Under the pieces are notes generated by a model. It ran no database searches, was not told where the DNA came from, and worked only from the letters and a program-made list of their open reading frames with translations. 64,000 nucleotides of DNA from a virus (Duplodnaviria > Caudoviricetes). Shown here piece by piece: positions 18,666-28,847 of this stretch. Within the stretch, counting starts at the first letter, position 1, and each line of letters starts with the position of its first letter. The stretch covers positions 287 through 64,286 of IMG/VR virus record IMGVR_UViG_3300025617_000018. One strand, 5' to 3'. The position numbers and the translations under genes are program-made.

Positions 18666-19187
18666 TTATCGTAAGAACTCTCGCCAATCTAGGTTATATT
18701 GGATTGAATTAATACGATGTACACCTATTAAATATAATACATACGATGCTACACTACTTCCGCGTCCGACTCCCCACACAACACCATTCTCACGCATAAA
18801 GTCTACAAGATAAATCATATACTGAAGCAAAGGCATCATATTACGACTTGCAAACTCTCCAAGTTCTTCTGCACATCTTTCTGTTTCTTCTTGCGTTTCA
18901 CACTTTGTAAGAATATAGTTGTGTACATTTAGTGTTTTATATTCATCAGGCATAAACCATTCGCCTTGACATACACCGTCAAACGTTTTTTGATCCACAT
19001 CTAAAGGAATATATTTTTGTAGAGGATCTAGGCCTTGCTCTTCCATAGCGGCGTTGAACTTATCTACATCATCATTTGCGTCGCATAATACCACATGAAC
19101 TTTATCCGCATGACCCGAATAAATCATATCGATTAAGTCGCGATTAGAGAATCGTGGAATACCTAGTTCGTCTGTTTTCATAAGCAT
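18666..19187 (-). CDS. Stand-alone fragment of DNA polymerase III alpha (DnaE) polymerase domain
   Basis: WGVGRGSSVASYVLYLIGVHRINS matches the DnaE GPGRGSxAGSLVAYxLGIT motif; ends at WREFLR, before the catalytic PDxDxD. Confidence 0.8.
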   Translation of the reverse strand: MLMKTDELGIPRFSNRDLIDMIYSGHADKVHVVLCDANDDVDKFNAAMEEQGLDPLQKYIPLDVDQKTFDGVCQGEWFMPDEYKTLNVHNYILTKCETQEETERCAEELGEFASRNMMPLLQYMIYLVDFMRENGVVWGVGRGSSVASYVLYLIGVHRINSIQYNLDWREFLR

Positions 19188-19196
19188 TAATGTATT

Positions 19197-19427
19197 TTAA
19201 CTTACATTGATAAGATTGTCAAGATCAGAATTGCCATTTTCTTCTTGCTGGCGTTTTGCTTCTATTCTTCTGCGTTCGATTTCAAGTTTTAAGGAATCTA
19301 ATGCCAATGTTATTTGGTATTGGATATCAGCATTAGTAGTCATAAAGTATTTTCTTTGTAGATCAATGATTTGATTTTCTAGTTCTACATCTGTAAGATT
19401 AGACAAATCATTAATAAGCGGATGCAT
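19197..19427 (-). CDS. Hypothetical coiled-coil protein
   Basis: 76-aa ORF coupled to the upstream stop. Confidence 0.6.
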   Translation of the reverse strand: MHPLINDLSNLTDVELENQIIDLQRKYFMTTNADIQYQITLALDSLKLEIERRRIEAKRQQEENGNSDLDNLINVS

Positions 19428-20020
19428 TAAATAAACTGTCCTAGGTATTTGCCAAATACAGTAGATCCACCGTTATAAGTCCAAAACTCAAAAACATGTG
19501 GCTGATCTGCATCTGCACCAGTTTCTACAGGAGATACAACATTTGTAAATGCAGTCCTCCAAGCGTCATCGATCTTTAAAGTACCATTGTTTACATTAAA
19601 ATAAACATCACGATTAACACCATCGCTTTCTATAGCAACTCGCATACTAGCATAACTACCAGTTTCTGGCCATTCAGCAAGCGTAAATGTAATACTAGTT
19701 TGCGGCGCAGGATCTTCAATTCTAAAAATCTGATAAGATCCGTTATCCCAGTTAATATTTTGACTAGCAGTTACCGCTGTTTCTGCTTTTAATGTAAATG
19801 TACTTGCTTCGATGTTTGCATTAATAATGTCATTGAAGCTAAAGTTGTTGTTTACATTAAGTTTTGCAGTATTGTCTTGCAAGTCACTGATTTCTGCACT
19901 TGCAAAATCAAAGTTGTTTTTAATAGTAGCAAAATTATCACGGAATCCTTGGGAATCGTTGTCTTGTCCTGCTACAGGAAAGTTTTCATCTATGTTAGTG
20001 GTTGTTATTTGACTTGCCAT
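19427..20020 (-). CDS. Virion structural protein
   Basis: GGAG SD before MASQIT; NDSQGFRDNF N-terminal module; TAAATA motif upstream. Confidence 0.65.
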   Translation of the reverse strand: MASQITTTNIDENFPVAGQDNDSQGFRDNFATIKNNFDFASAEISDLQDNTAKLNVNNNFSFNDIINANIEASTFTLKAETAVTASQNINWDNGSYQIFRIEDPAPQTSITFTLAEWPETGSYASMRVAIESDGVNRDVYFNVNNGTLKIDDAWRTAFTNVVSPVETGADADQPHVFEFWTYNGGSTVFGKYLGQFI

Positions 20021-20051
20021 TTTTATCTCCAATGCAATTTATTTATCGCAA

Positions 20052-22361
20052 TTAAACGTTGAATTGGTAATTTGCGAATAGTATGTATTGCTCGTCACTG
20101 TTTCCTTCTGTACTGTCTATAATATATCTGTCGAGAACTATGTCTAAGTTTTTAAAATCAAACCCACTGTTCTCTATGTTTAATTTGATTTGCTGACTGG
20201 TATTTGCTTTACAATAAACTAAAGGTATTGCAAATACATAACCAAGCTCTTGTATACTATTTTCTTGAGCGGTTCTCATCCATAATGGAAGAAAGTCTCT
20301 TTCTGTAGCACCTATTTCAGCAATATTATCACGCATGTTTTTTACGGTGCTAATATATTTTACAATATCTCCAGAGTCACTTATTTTTACTGCATCTGAA
20401 TCAGTTTTTATTGTATTAGTATTAGGACGCATATAGTATGGATCAGTATTGTTAGGTTGATAACTACTTGTGGTATCTATTTTTTTATTTGTAACAATGT
20501 TTAGTTTCTTTCTAGTAGCAGTAACACTGTCTGCAGGGTCTAATAACTCTAAATATACTACTTCGTATACTATATCATTGCTTCCTGCATTTTTAGCAAT
20601 CGCTGTTTTTAGTCCACCAATTTTGTAACGTTTCTTTTTGTGATTTTTTGCAGCTGCGGCAACATAATTTTCTACAGTTTTAGTTTCTATTCCTGCATAT
20701 AATAATATTTTAATTTGATCTTGTAATCCAAACTGAGGATCATTTGGACGATACACAAGACTAGGAGGAAATACATTACTGTCTGCAACAAAACTTCTAT
20801 ATGCACTTTTTTGTGCAACTTTCATAAACGGTTGCATATAGATATTAGAATATAATAATTCTTCTGGATCTGTTACATTAATAGTAAATGTTTTAGTGCT
20901 AGCACTGTAACCGAATCTGTCTCTTGCTTCTACTGTAAATGTAAACGATCTATCGATGGTAGTTGTATTGCTGTCAAATGTTAAGTTATTATTATCAAAT
21001 ATAGTAATGCCTTGTGCAGTTTCAGTTCCAAACTGTCTTACCTTTCCTATAATCTCTCCGTCATAAGAAATCGCCAATCCTGGAGGAAGTTTTCCGCTTG
21101 CTAGTCTATACAATAACGGTGCATCAGGTATTGTGGTTTCTGCACTAACACTGAAAGTACTTATATAGTTTGGACTAATAGTGCCTAGAGAGGAATCGCT
21201 GATCCAAGTGATTGTAGAATCAACTTCTCCTAGTATTTTAACAGAAAATGTTTTGTCCTTAAATGCTTGTTCTTCTGTGACAAATATTCTACGTGCTCTT
21301 ACGGTAAATGTATATTCTTTGGTCACAGCAGGTTGATAAGGCACACGCCCTGCAATTTCGCCAGTAATAGCGTCTAGTGTCATTCCTGGAGGAAGTGTAC
21401 TGGGTGTTGTGTCAGGATTATCAGCAAGTAGTTCGTAAGTTAATACTCCTGCAAGATTATTAGTATCTATAGTATCTAGGAATATAGTTACATAGTTGTC
21501 TGCTCGTTTAAATCCAAGATTTGCAGGAGTTACCCAGATAGGTGTTCTTAGATATGTATTGTCTGCTGTGTATAATCCGTTAGCAACCTGCACAATAGTG
21601 TTATCTGCTCTTAAGAAATCATCACCTACAACATAGATTTTAAACTTGCGTTTTGCTTCAGTCTCGCCATCAGTAACACTTACTTCAAATTCATAAACTC
21701 TATTAAGTTTTTTAGGAACTCTAGTAGGAATACTTAAATCGTAGATTACACTATCATAAAAATAACTTTCATAGCCGTTAGAACTTAGTACTGAAAAGTC
21801 GTATCCGCTGGTGGCATCATCGTAAACAGCACCGTCATAATAGCCTGCACCACTGTTTTTGTCAAGTGCAAGTAATGGCTCTACAATGCCAATGATTCTA
21901 CCGTCTTTGGTTAATTGTAGTCCTGGAGGAAGTTGTCCTGCTCGAATAAAAAACTCTAGTTCATCGCCTGCAGGCAGGTCTTCATCTATTGCTTGTAGTT
22001 GGAAATCTACAGGTTGGTTATCTAATATGAAATAAAGTCCATTGTTTGCTACTGATAAGTTACCTTCGTTGGTAACCCAGATTGGTTCATCTGGACCGGT
22101 TATAGTAATATTATATGTTCTATCTTCTGTTACAATATTATTTGTTGCTCTAAATACAGCTCTAAACTTTTCTGTTTTTTCTACTTGAAAAGGCGTACCG
22201 ACTATATTTTTTCCTTCTAAACGTAATCCAGCTGGAAGTTCTCCACTGAGTAGAGATACTGTAATACTAGGATCAAGGTCAACGGGTAAGTTTACAATAA
22301 AAGTTGTACGTTCTTCGTAGGTTCCTAGATCATAGCCACTGGGTTCGTTCCAAAACGCCAT
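20052..22361 (-). CDS. Structural protein with putative Ig (He_PIG-like) repeats
   Basis: Repeated GxLPxGLxL...G.I.G motifs. Confidence 0.75.
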   Translation of the reverse strand: MAFWNEPSGYDLGTYEERTTFIVNLPVDLDPSITVSLLSGELPAGLRLEGKNIVGTPFQVEKTEKFRAVFRATNNIVTEDRTYNITITGPDEPIWVTNEGNLSVANNGLYFILDNQPVDFQLQAIDEDLPAGDELEFFIRAGQLPPGLQLTKDGRIIGIVEPLLALDKNSGAGYYDGAVYDDATSGYDFSVLSSNGYESYFYDSVIYDLSIPTRVPKKLNRVYEFEVSVTDGETEAKRKFKIYVVGDDFLRADNTIVQVANGLYTADNTYLRTPIWVTPANLGFKRADNYVTIFLDTIDTNNLAGVLTYELLADNPDTTPSTLPPGMTLDAITGEIAGRVPYQPAVTKEYTFTVRARRIFVTEEQAFKDKTFSVKILGEVDSTITWISDSSLGTISPNYISTFSVSAETTIPDAPLLYRLASGKLPPGLAISYDGEIIGKVRQFGTETAQGITIFDNNNLTFDSNTTTIDRSFTFTVEARDRFGYSASTKTFTINVTDPEELLYSNIYMQPFMKVAQKSAYRSFVADSNVFPPSLVYRPNDPQFGLQDQIKILLYAGIETKTVENYVAAAAKNHKKKRYKIGGLKTAIAKNAGSNDIVYEVVYLELLDPADSVTATRKKLNIVTNKKIDTTSSYQPNNTDPYYMRPNTNTIKTDSDAVKISDSGDIVKYISTVKNMRDNIAEIGATERDFLPLWMRTAQENSIQELGYVFAIPLVYCKANTSQQIKLNIENSGFDFKNLDIVLDRYIIDSTEGNSDEQYILFANYQFNV

Positions 22362-23029
22362 TAAACAATAAATCCTAAATTTATGTCTTTTTGTGAAGGA
22401 TTTAAAAATTCGCCCATGTCGACATCAACTGACAGTAATAACCAGTCGATATAATTTTCTATAGGGTCAAAAGAACCAAAATCAAATCCCTCAAAATATT
22501 TGTTAAGTTCTCTAATATCAACGCCGTGTACTAAACTAGTAACATTGTTTGCTCCGATTAAATTAACATTGGTAATATTATTTTGTTGTGCATTTACATC
22601 TGCAGACAGTCTTGGCGCACCATCAGTTTCTAATACTGTTTGAGATGAAATATATAAATCACCATCTTGGAAATGAGTATCAGCATTTGTTCCACCAAAA
22701 ATTCGCCAAATACTTCCACTTCTGACTATCCTACTGCCACTGTCAGAAATAATAGTAATGTCAATAGGATCAGAATTTACAGTAATAGTATCACCGTCAT
22801 TGGCAACAGTTATTCCTATTCCGCCGGCAATACTTCTAAATTCAAAGTCACCTGCTGCATATGACTTAAATACACCTTCACCTGTTCCAGTATTCGTAGC
22901 AGTGATTGCTTCTGGTGATCTAAGATCTAAGTCGTCAAAGTTTTGATTGATTTTGATAAATGCATCGCGAAGGTCGTCTCCTGTGCCGTCGTTTGCAATA
23001 TTACCTACATTGATAGTTTGTACTGCCAT
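22361..23029 (-). CDS. Baseplate/tail-fibre-like protein
   Basis: INVGNIANDGTGDDLRDAFIKINQNF N-terminal module (T4 gp9/gp10-like). Confidence 0.7.
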   Translation of the reverse strand: MAVQTINVGNIANDGTGDDLRDAFIKINQNFDDLDLRSPEAITATNTGTGEGVFKSYAAGDFEFRSIAGGIGITVANDGDTITVNSDPIDITIISDSGSRIVRSGSIWRIFGGTNADTHFQDGDLYISSQTVLETDGAPRLSADVNAQQNNITNVNLIGANNVTSLVHGVDIRELNKYFEGFDFGSFDPIENYIDWLLLSVDVDMGEFLNPSQKDINLGFIV

Positions 23030-23049
23030 TTCATTCTCCTACACAGTAT

Positions 23050-25944
23050 TTATGCGCCTCTGAATCTAGTTAGGTAGATCTGCCCATTGCCTCTATCATT
23101 TGATGTCCATACTCCTCCCTGATCAATCCACATTAGACCGTCACCGTAGGTTTCACAGCGTTTGTCAGTACTGACAGCTGTTAGTTTTTCTGTTGCGTAA
23201 TCCCATCGATATGTTTGAATATATGTTTTAGGAGCAGTGTCATATACCATTACATACAAAACACCATCTTCAAATCTTATATCTACAATATTAGTTGTCC
23301 CGCCTGATTGAGGGACTCTTACTCTATCTACTTCTGTAAAGTTCTGCTTAAACGAGTCCATTGAATAAACAACAATCCACCCGTCAGAGTCATCGGTGGT
23401 TCCTGTTAGAGTTCCACCATTTATTGTGTAGAAGAAATAGTCTCTTGACATTGCAAACTTTGGATGACGAGTGTCCTGATGTTCAAATGCATCTGGAGTC
23501 CAGTTTCGAATATCACCTAACGCTTTGTTTGTAAATCCTAGCATTTGTTTATCGATTGTCGGATTATAATCTACATTGACGCAAACCCACTCGTCGTTGT
23601 CAGTACTCCATGGATTTCCCTGAGTGTATGCTGTGTTGCCCGACGATGTAGTTGATCCTGAAACATATGCCCAATTGTTTGGATCGCTGATATCAAATTT
23701 TGTCAGTTGACTATTATGATTCACCCACCATAAATAATCACTTCCGTCTAGAGACTCGTACCATGCTCCAAGTTCTAAATTATTAGACATGTCTATAGAT
23801 AATGGATGATTTGCACTGTCCCAACACTGTGTGCCAGCATCATTTATTAGGTTAGTTATACTAGAATATCTTGTTACACTTTGCGGAGCGATTTTATATA
23901 TTTCTGAAGAGTTTCTGTAGTAGATTTGACAACTTGGAAGATCTGCGACTGTGGTCCAATATCCGTTGGTTAATCCTGTGTTAATATTTAAAATCTTTGT
24001 TCTATTTTCTATTAAATTTATAGCGTATCCGTCTCTAATATAAAGTCCTTTTTCATTTTGAGAAAACTGTTCGTATCCCGATTGTACATGAGACCACCCT
24101 GATTCTGTAGATAGATAGTTATTAATACTTGCACCTGGGCCTACTCTTGAAGATACTGTAATAAGCTGATTATATTCAGTGATTTCTCCGGCACTGTCTT
24201 CCAAATTATACACAACATCTAAACTATAATCTCCTACAGTAACAGGAGAAAATGTGACCTCCCCCGTGTTAATGTCAACATCTATGGTCTCATCGACAGT
24301 CTCTCTATCATTTGTTAAGTAGGTATAATCTATGGTTCTTGTACCGAATGCAGTGCCGTTGATTGTAAATGTAAATGTATCGCCTGCATATACTTTTTCT
24401 GTAGCATTGATGTTATTTGCACTTGGAGGATCAAGTGAATTTTGTAATACAGCAAATTGATAACTATCGCTTGTAGCTAGAACTTTCATTAAAAATTGTG
24501 AACCTTCAATTTGTGTGTTTTCTATTCTAAAAGAATCGCCAAAATCTTTAACCCAAGAACTAACTCTTGGACCAAATGTTCCGTTGTTGCTATCAAAATC
24601 GTATAAATGAAGAGTAGTTTCATCGCTGAAGAGTATTCGTTCGCTGGCAAGATCTATGTTTTTTACCAGTTCTTGTCCTCTTGGCTGACCCAGATCAACT
24701 TCGTTTGGTACAAAATTTACTACTTCTGTTATATTATTTAAATCAGTTAAGTTTAACATTTTAGGAGCACTATAAGGTGTGTGGTCTAGTAAAAACAAAA
24801 AGTTTTGACAAAACGCAAAACAGTTAGCAGTAATCTGCTGAGAATCACGTAAATAACTTCCTAGAGTATCTAATGTTTGAGCGTCTAATATTTCAACCCC
24901 CCAAGCAGTGTTACCTGAAGTAGAATTCCATACAACAGCTAATCTGTTTCCGCTTTGTGCTATTAGCTGAGGGACAGTATTACTCCCGACCGTTGCAATA
25001 CTGCGATTAGCAAGTTCAGTTATCGAACTAGATCCAACAGAAACAGAAACAATATTCAGTTCGTTGTTGCGAGCAGTATTTCTAGATAAAGTATAGATGA
25101 TATTGTTTGTTCTATCGATAGCTTGAGAATCGTAAAGAGAAAAATCTAGACTGCTTATAGTTGTATTTGTATATGGGTTGGCAATACTGCTGGCAATATT
25201 GTTCGGATCTCGTTCATAAAAGTAGACTCCGTTGGGTATTAATACTCTGCTATTCAGTAAAATCATGTTTTGACTAAGACTGGCAGTTGTAATGCCAACA
25301 CCAGAATTTCTAAATGACGGTATTGTACTACCATTCCGCATTACATATTGAGTTGAATCCCTTCTTAATACACGATTACCTATGTAATCAAACTGTAGAT
25401 AATGTCTTGTTTCTAAATCGGGTCCTTCACTAAAAGACATATTGAGCTGTAAATTTCGTCCAATATTACCAGTTCTTTGCAATCCTTCGTGATAATCTAA
25501 AACAAATCTTGTTTGTGTCGAAGTAGTAAGGGCACCGTCTGTAACAGAAAATCTGATTACAAATGCCTTACCTACATTGCTTGCTGTTAAACTAAATTGA
25601 TTACCTAACAAGTTAATGTTGTTTCCGCTGGCATCGCCTTCTATAACTTCGTAGGTCCATAGTACAGGAAGTCCATCTGGGTCTTCACCTAGCAGTTCAA
25701 ATGTATAAGTATCTCCGTTTTGTAGTAAAACTCTTTCAGGAGGTGCAGACGTTATCACAGGAGGATCATTCGATAAACGTATACCATACCATGCACCTGT
25801 GTCAAATATATAAAGAGTGCGAACGCTTTCTACATATGCAATACTACCGTCAACTACGTTAGAAAGAGGTAGATCGTTTTGTGTGGCATAACTTTTAAAA
25901 TCTTTACTTGCACTGTTTTTAATGTTTTTATATATTTGACTCAT
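23050..25944 (-). CDS. Putative receptor-binding/tail accessory protein (Ig-like plus beta-propeller-like)
   Basis: 964 aa, beta-rich; N-terminal module shared with the next two genes. Confidence 0.6.
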   Translation of the reverse strand: MSQIYKNIKNSASKDFKSYATQNDLPLSNVVDGSIAYVESVRTLYIFDTGAWYGIRLSNDPPVITSAPPERVLLQNGDTYTFELLGEDPDGLPVLWTYEVIEGDASGNNINLLGNQFSLTASNVGKAFVIRFSVTDGALTTSTQTRFVLDYHEGLQRTGNIGRNLQLNMSFSEGPDLETRHYLQFDYIGNRVLRRDSTQYVMRNGSTIPSFRNSGVGITTASLSQNMILLNSRVLIPNGVYFYERDPNNIASSIANPYTNTTISSLDFSLYDSQAIDRTNNIIYTLSRNTARNNELNIVSVSVGSSSITELANRSIATVGSNTVPQLIAQSGNRLAVVWNSTSGNTAWGVEILDAQTLDTLGSYLRDSQQITANCFAFCQNFLFLLDHTPYSAPKMLNLTDLNNITEVVNFVPNEVDLGQPRGQELVKNIDLASERILFSDETTLHLYDFDSNNGTFGPRVSSWVKDFGDSFRIENTQIEGSQFLMKVLATSDSYQFAVLQNSLDPPSANNINATEKVYAGDTFTFTINGTAFGTRTIDYTYLTNDRETVDETIDVDINTGEVTFSPVTVGDYSLDVVYNLEDSAGEITEYNQLITVSSRVGPGASINNYLSTESGWSHVQSGYEQFSQNEKGLYIRDGYAINLIENRTKILNINTGLTNGYWTTVADLPSCQIYYRNSSEIYKIAPQSVTRYSSITNLINDAGTQCWDSANHPLSIDMSNNLELGAWYESLDGSDYLWWVNHNSQLTKFDISDPNNWAYVSGSTTSSGNTAYTQGNPWSTDNDEWVCVNVDYNPTIDKQMLGFTNKALGDIRNWTPDAFEHQDTRHPKFAMSRDYFFYTINGGTLTGTTDDSDGWIVVYSMDSFKQNFTEVDRVRVPQSGGTTNIVDIRFEDGVLYVMVYDTAPKTYIQTYRWDYATEKLTAVSTDKRCETYGDGLMWIDQGGVWTSNDRGNGQIYLTRFRGA

Positions 25945-28847
25945 TATCCTAACCTATAAAGTTTTGCTTTACCTACATTATTTACTGTTAGTAAAAGATT
26001 TTCTGCCCCTGTTGCTCCAGACACAACATATCTGTTGTAAATACTCACAGAGTTTCCAAAACTGTCGTTGCCTACAAAATCATCGTCTTGTATTTTTTTG
26101 TGTTCTGTAAAACTATCTGGATCTGATGTATTCCTAAATGCATAAACAGCGCCTTGTCCGTTGGCATTTAATGCTCCAAATACGATAGTAGGAAGCGATT
26201 GCTCGCCTGGATAATCAGTGTACGACATAGAACAACTGTTTCCAAACAGAGCGTTACTTGGTGCATCACCTGGTAAACACACAGTATGTTCTACCCAGTT
26301 TCCTGCACTGTTTTTTGTGTATACATATCCCATGCCACCGTTTAAGTTACCAATGTCACTGTTAGGAACACCTGCGGTTACATAATGATCTAAACAACTC
26401 ACGCTTGAGCCAAACTGATCGCCTGCACTGTCATATTGTCCTGTTACTTTTGATGTAGTTTCATTACCGCCCCAAGATTCTGGTTGAGTGTTTTCAAAGA
26501 TCCAAGCCGCACCGCGATTAGAAGTATCTCCTGGAGCACCACCTACAACAACAAACTTAGACTCTTCTACAATATCATTTGCTCCAAAGTTTATAATTCT
26601 GTCTTCTGCAATATATGACGATGATGGATCGTCCGGAGCACAAATTGCTACTAAACTATTTTCATTTATGCTTACATGCCAACCAAAGTGACTGTTACTT
26701 CTTCCTTCACCGTTGATTTTAATGTATAAAAATACATCGTCTTCTACTATTTTGTAAATGTAAACAGCGCCGTTAGATATACTCCCTGCATCTGCATCTG
26801 ACCAGCCTACAGCAATATAATCTCCGTAAATGCTAACACACTGAGCCATTTTGTAGGTACCATTTTGAGTCATATCATAATCATTGGTTGCAACACCAGC
26901 AGTCTTACCTATAAAGTATATGTTAGAACTCCAAGCTCCTGCATCACTTTTTTCAAATACAACTATAGCCGGTTCGTAATTAGGATCGCTATAGCTACCG
27001 TCCCATCCTGATACAACTCTATTACCGCTAATACTTACTGTTCTACCAAAAATAGGATCACCGTCGTTTATACCGTCTGGCACTTGTAAAGTATTAGGAC
27101 TGTTAAAAATAAAAACTCTACTCCAGATTCCTGCCTGATTTCTTTCATATATCCACACACTACCAGTATAGCTGCTAGTTCCGTCTCTGTGAGTACTAAT
27201 GGCGATTATATCACCCTCTACAGCCACCCACTCGCCTAAACACGCTCCTGCAATATTATCTTCTAATAGTCCTTGTTCTTCCCAAACACCGTCGATGAGA
27301 TGATATACAAAAGCATATGTATTGTTAAGATTATAACTATTTGGTCCTACATGGCCTAACACTGCCACGTCACCTGAAATTGCCACAGCATATCCAGTTT
27401 GATGAGTTAGATTAGGATGGCTAGGGCTTAAAGTTTGTTCTAAAGTCCAGACATTATTTGTTAGTTTAAAAACGTAGGCCTTACCATAATTAACTGTATT
27501 ATATACATTTGTAGTATTTAAAGGTTCACCCACGATCATTCTGTCGCCAGATATATCTACACTCACACCAAACTTACCGTCTGTTATCTCTTCTGGACTG
27601 GTTAGAGTTGAGTGAAAACTCCAATCTCCGTTTGAATCTTTTTTATAGACTGCAACACTGCCTGCCGAACTTCCGTCTGCTCCAACTGGATCACCTATAG
27701 CTGCCCACTCGCCTTCTATAGTTGTGTTTCTTTCAAGCCACCATGCAGTAGTTCTTGCAGGCTCGCTGTTTGATAAATTAATAGTTGGACTTTTATAGTC
27801 AGTACGTACACTGTACATTCCGTCTATGCCAACATCGTAGCCAAACAGAGCTCCTGTTGCAAGTCCTGTCATTCCTGTGAAAGTGTTTACACTAACCAGT
27901 AAATCTGTGCTAACGTTGTATAATTCTACTTTTCCTGTGCTACTTAAATATCCTGGCGCACCTACTGCTACCATAACACCTTGCATGTCTACACTTGTGC
28001 CAAACTGCTCATTTACTCCGCCTAGTACAGAATCTAACTCAGTCCAAGTTCCACTAATGTTTTTAAACAAATAAATCTTTCCGCGATTAGAAGTGTGAGC
28101 TTTTGCACCTACTACAAGATAGTCTCCGTACAGTGCAACTGATGATCCAAAATTTTGTCCATTGCCGATATCACTAGATTGTATTTCTGTATCAAACACC
28201 CATTCTTCTAATCCAGAAAATTCGTTGGGTTGTTTTTTATAGATTAAAACAATACCTGCGTTTGATCCTGGACTACCATATCCTTGCGCACCCATTGCCC
28301 AAAAGTCATCGGTAACTGCGATGCTTGTTCCTAGATTACTGTTTGCATAAGTTTCATTGGTTAGTCTTGCTTCGCTTTGCTCAAAGTATTCTTCTAATCT
28401 TAGAATAAACTCTACAACCTGTTCAATCTCATTTGCACCATCGCTGGCTGTGAATGTTAGTTCAAACGTACTTGCATTAGTTGCTTGTACAGTAAACACA
28501 TCATTTTCATCAAGTGTAACAGTGTTTCCTGTTCCGATTGATCCTGCGGTCACAGTAAACCCAAATGTTGCTTTAACTTGTTCCGGATCATCGTATACTA
28601 ACTGTAGCGAATAAACATCGTCAAGTAAAATTGTAACAGGACTGCTTGGAACATTGACCCAGTTAGGCGGATCGTTTTCTGTAACAATAGGAAGCCAACC
28701 GGTGCCTGTCCAAATATATAGTCTACGTCCATCGCGAACAAAGTAAAGAGCACTTACCACTGCTGAAGGTGGGAGCTCGTCATAGGTATCTACAATCACT
28801 AATCGTTTTGTACTAGAATTTTTTATTGTTTGATAAACTAGACTCAT
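25944..28847 (-). CDS. FG-GAP repeat beta-propeller tail protein
   Basis: Many FGxSV...vGA...G.VYIY repeats. Confidence 0.8.
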   Translation of the reverse strand: MSLVYQTIKNSSTKRLVIVDTYDELPPSAVVSALYFVRDGRRLYIWTGTGWLPIVTENDPPNWVNVPSSPVTILLDDVYSLQLVYDDPEQVKATFGFTVTAGSIGTGNTVTLDENDVFTVQATNASTFELTFTASDGANEIEQVVEFILRLEEYFEQSEARLTNETYANSNLGTSIAVTDDFWAMGAQGYGSPGSNAGIVLIYKKQPNEFSGLEEWVFDTEIQSSDIGNGQNFGSSVALYGDYLVVGAKAHTSNRGKIYLFKNISGTWTELDSVLGGVNEQFGTSVDMQGVMVAVGAPGYLSSTGKVELYNVSTDLLVSVNTFTGMTGLATGALFGYDVGIDGMYSVRTDYKSPTINLSNSEPARTTAWWLERNTTIEGEWAAIGDPVGADGSSAGSVAVYKKDSNGDWSFHSTLTSPEEITDGKFGVSVDISGDRMIVGEPLNTTNVYNTVNYGKAYVFKLTNNVWTLEQTLSPSHPNLTHQTGYAVAISGDVAVLGHVGPNSYNLNNTYAFVYHLIDGVWEEQGLLEDNIAGACLGEWVAVEGDIIAISTHRDGTSSYTGSVWIYERNQAGIWSRVFIFNSPNTLQVPDGINDGDPIFGRTVSISGNRVVSGWDGSYSDPNYEPAIVVFEKSDAGAWSSNIYFIGKTAGVATNDYDMTQNGTYKMAQCVSIYGDYIAVGWSDADAGSISNGAVYIYKIVEDDVFLYIKINGEGRSNSHFGWHVSINENSLVAICAPDDPSSSYIAEDRIINFGANDIVEESKFVVVGGAPGDTSNRGAAWIFENTQPESWGGNETTSKVTGQYDSAGDQFGSSVSCLDHYVTAGVPNSDIGNLNGGMGYVYTKNSAGNWVEHTVCLPGDAPSNALFGNSCSMSYTDYPGEQSLPTIVFGALNANGQGAVYAFRNTSDPDSFTEHKKIQDDDFVGNDSFGNSVSIYNRYVVSGATGAENLLLTVNNVGKAKLYRLG

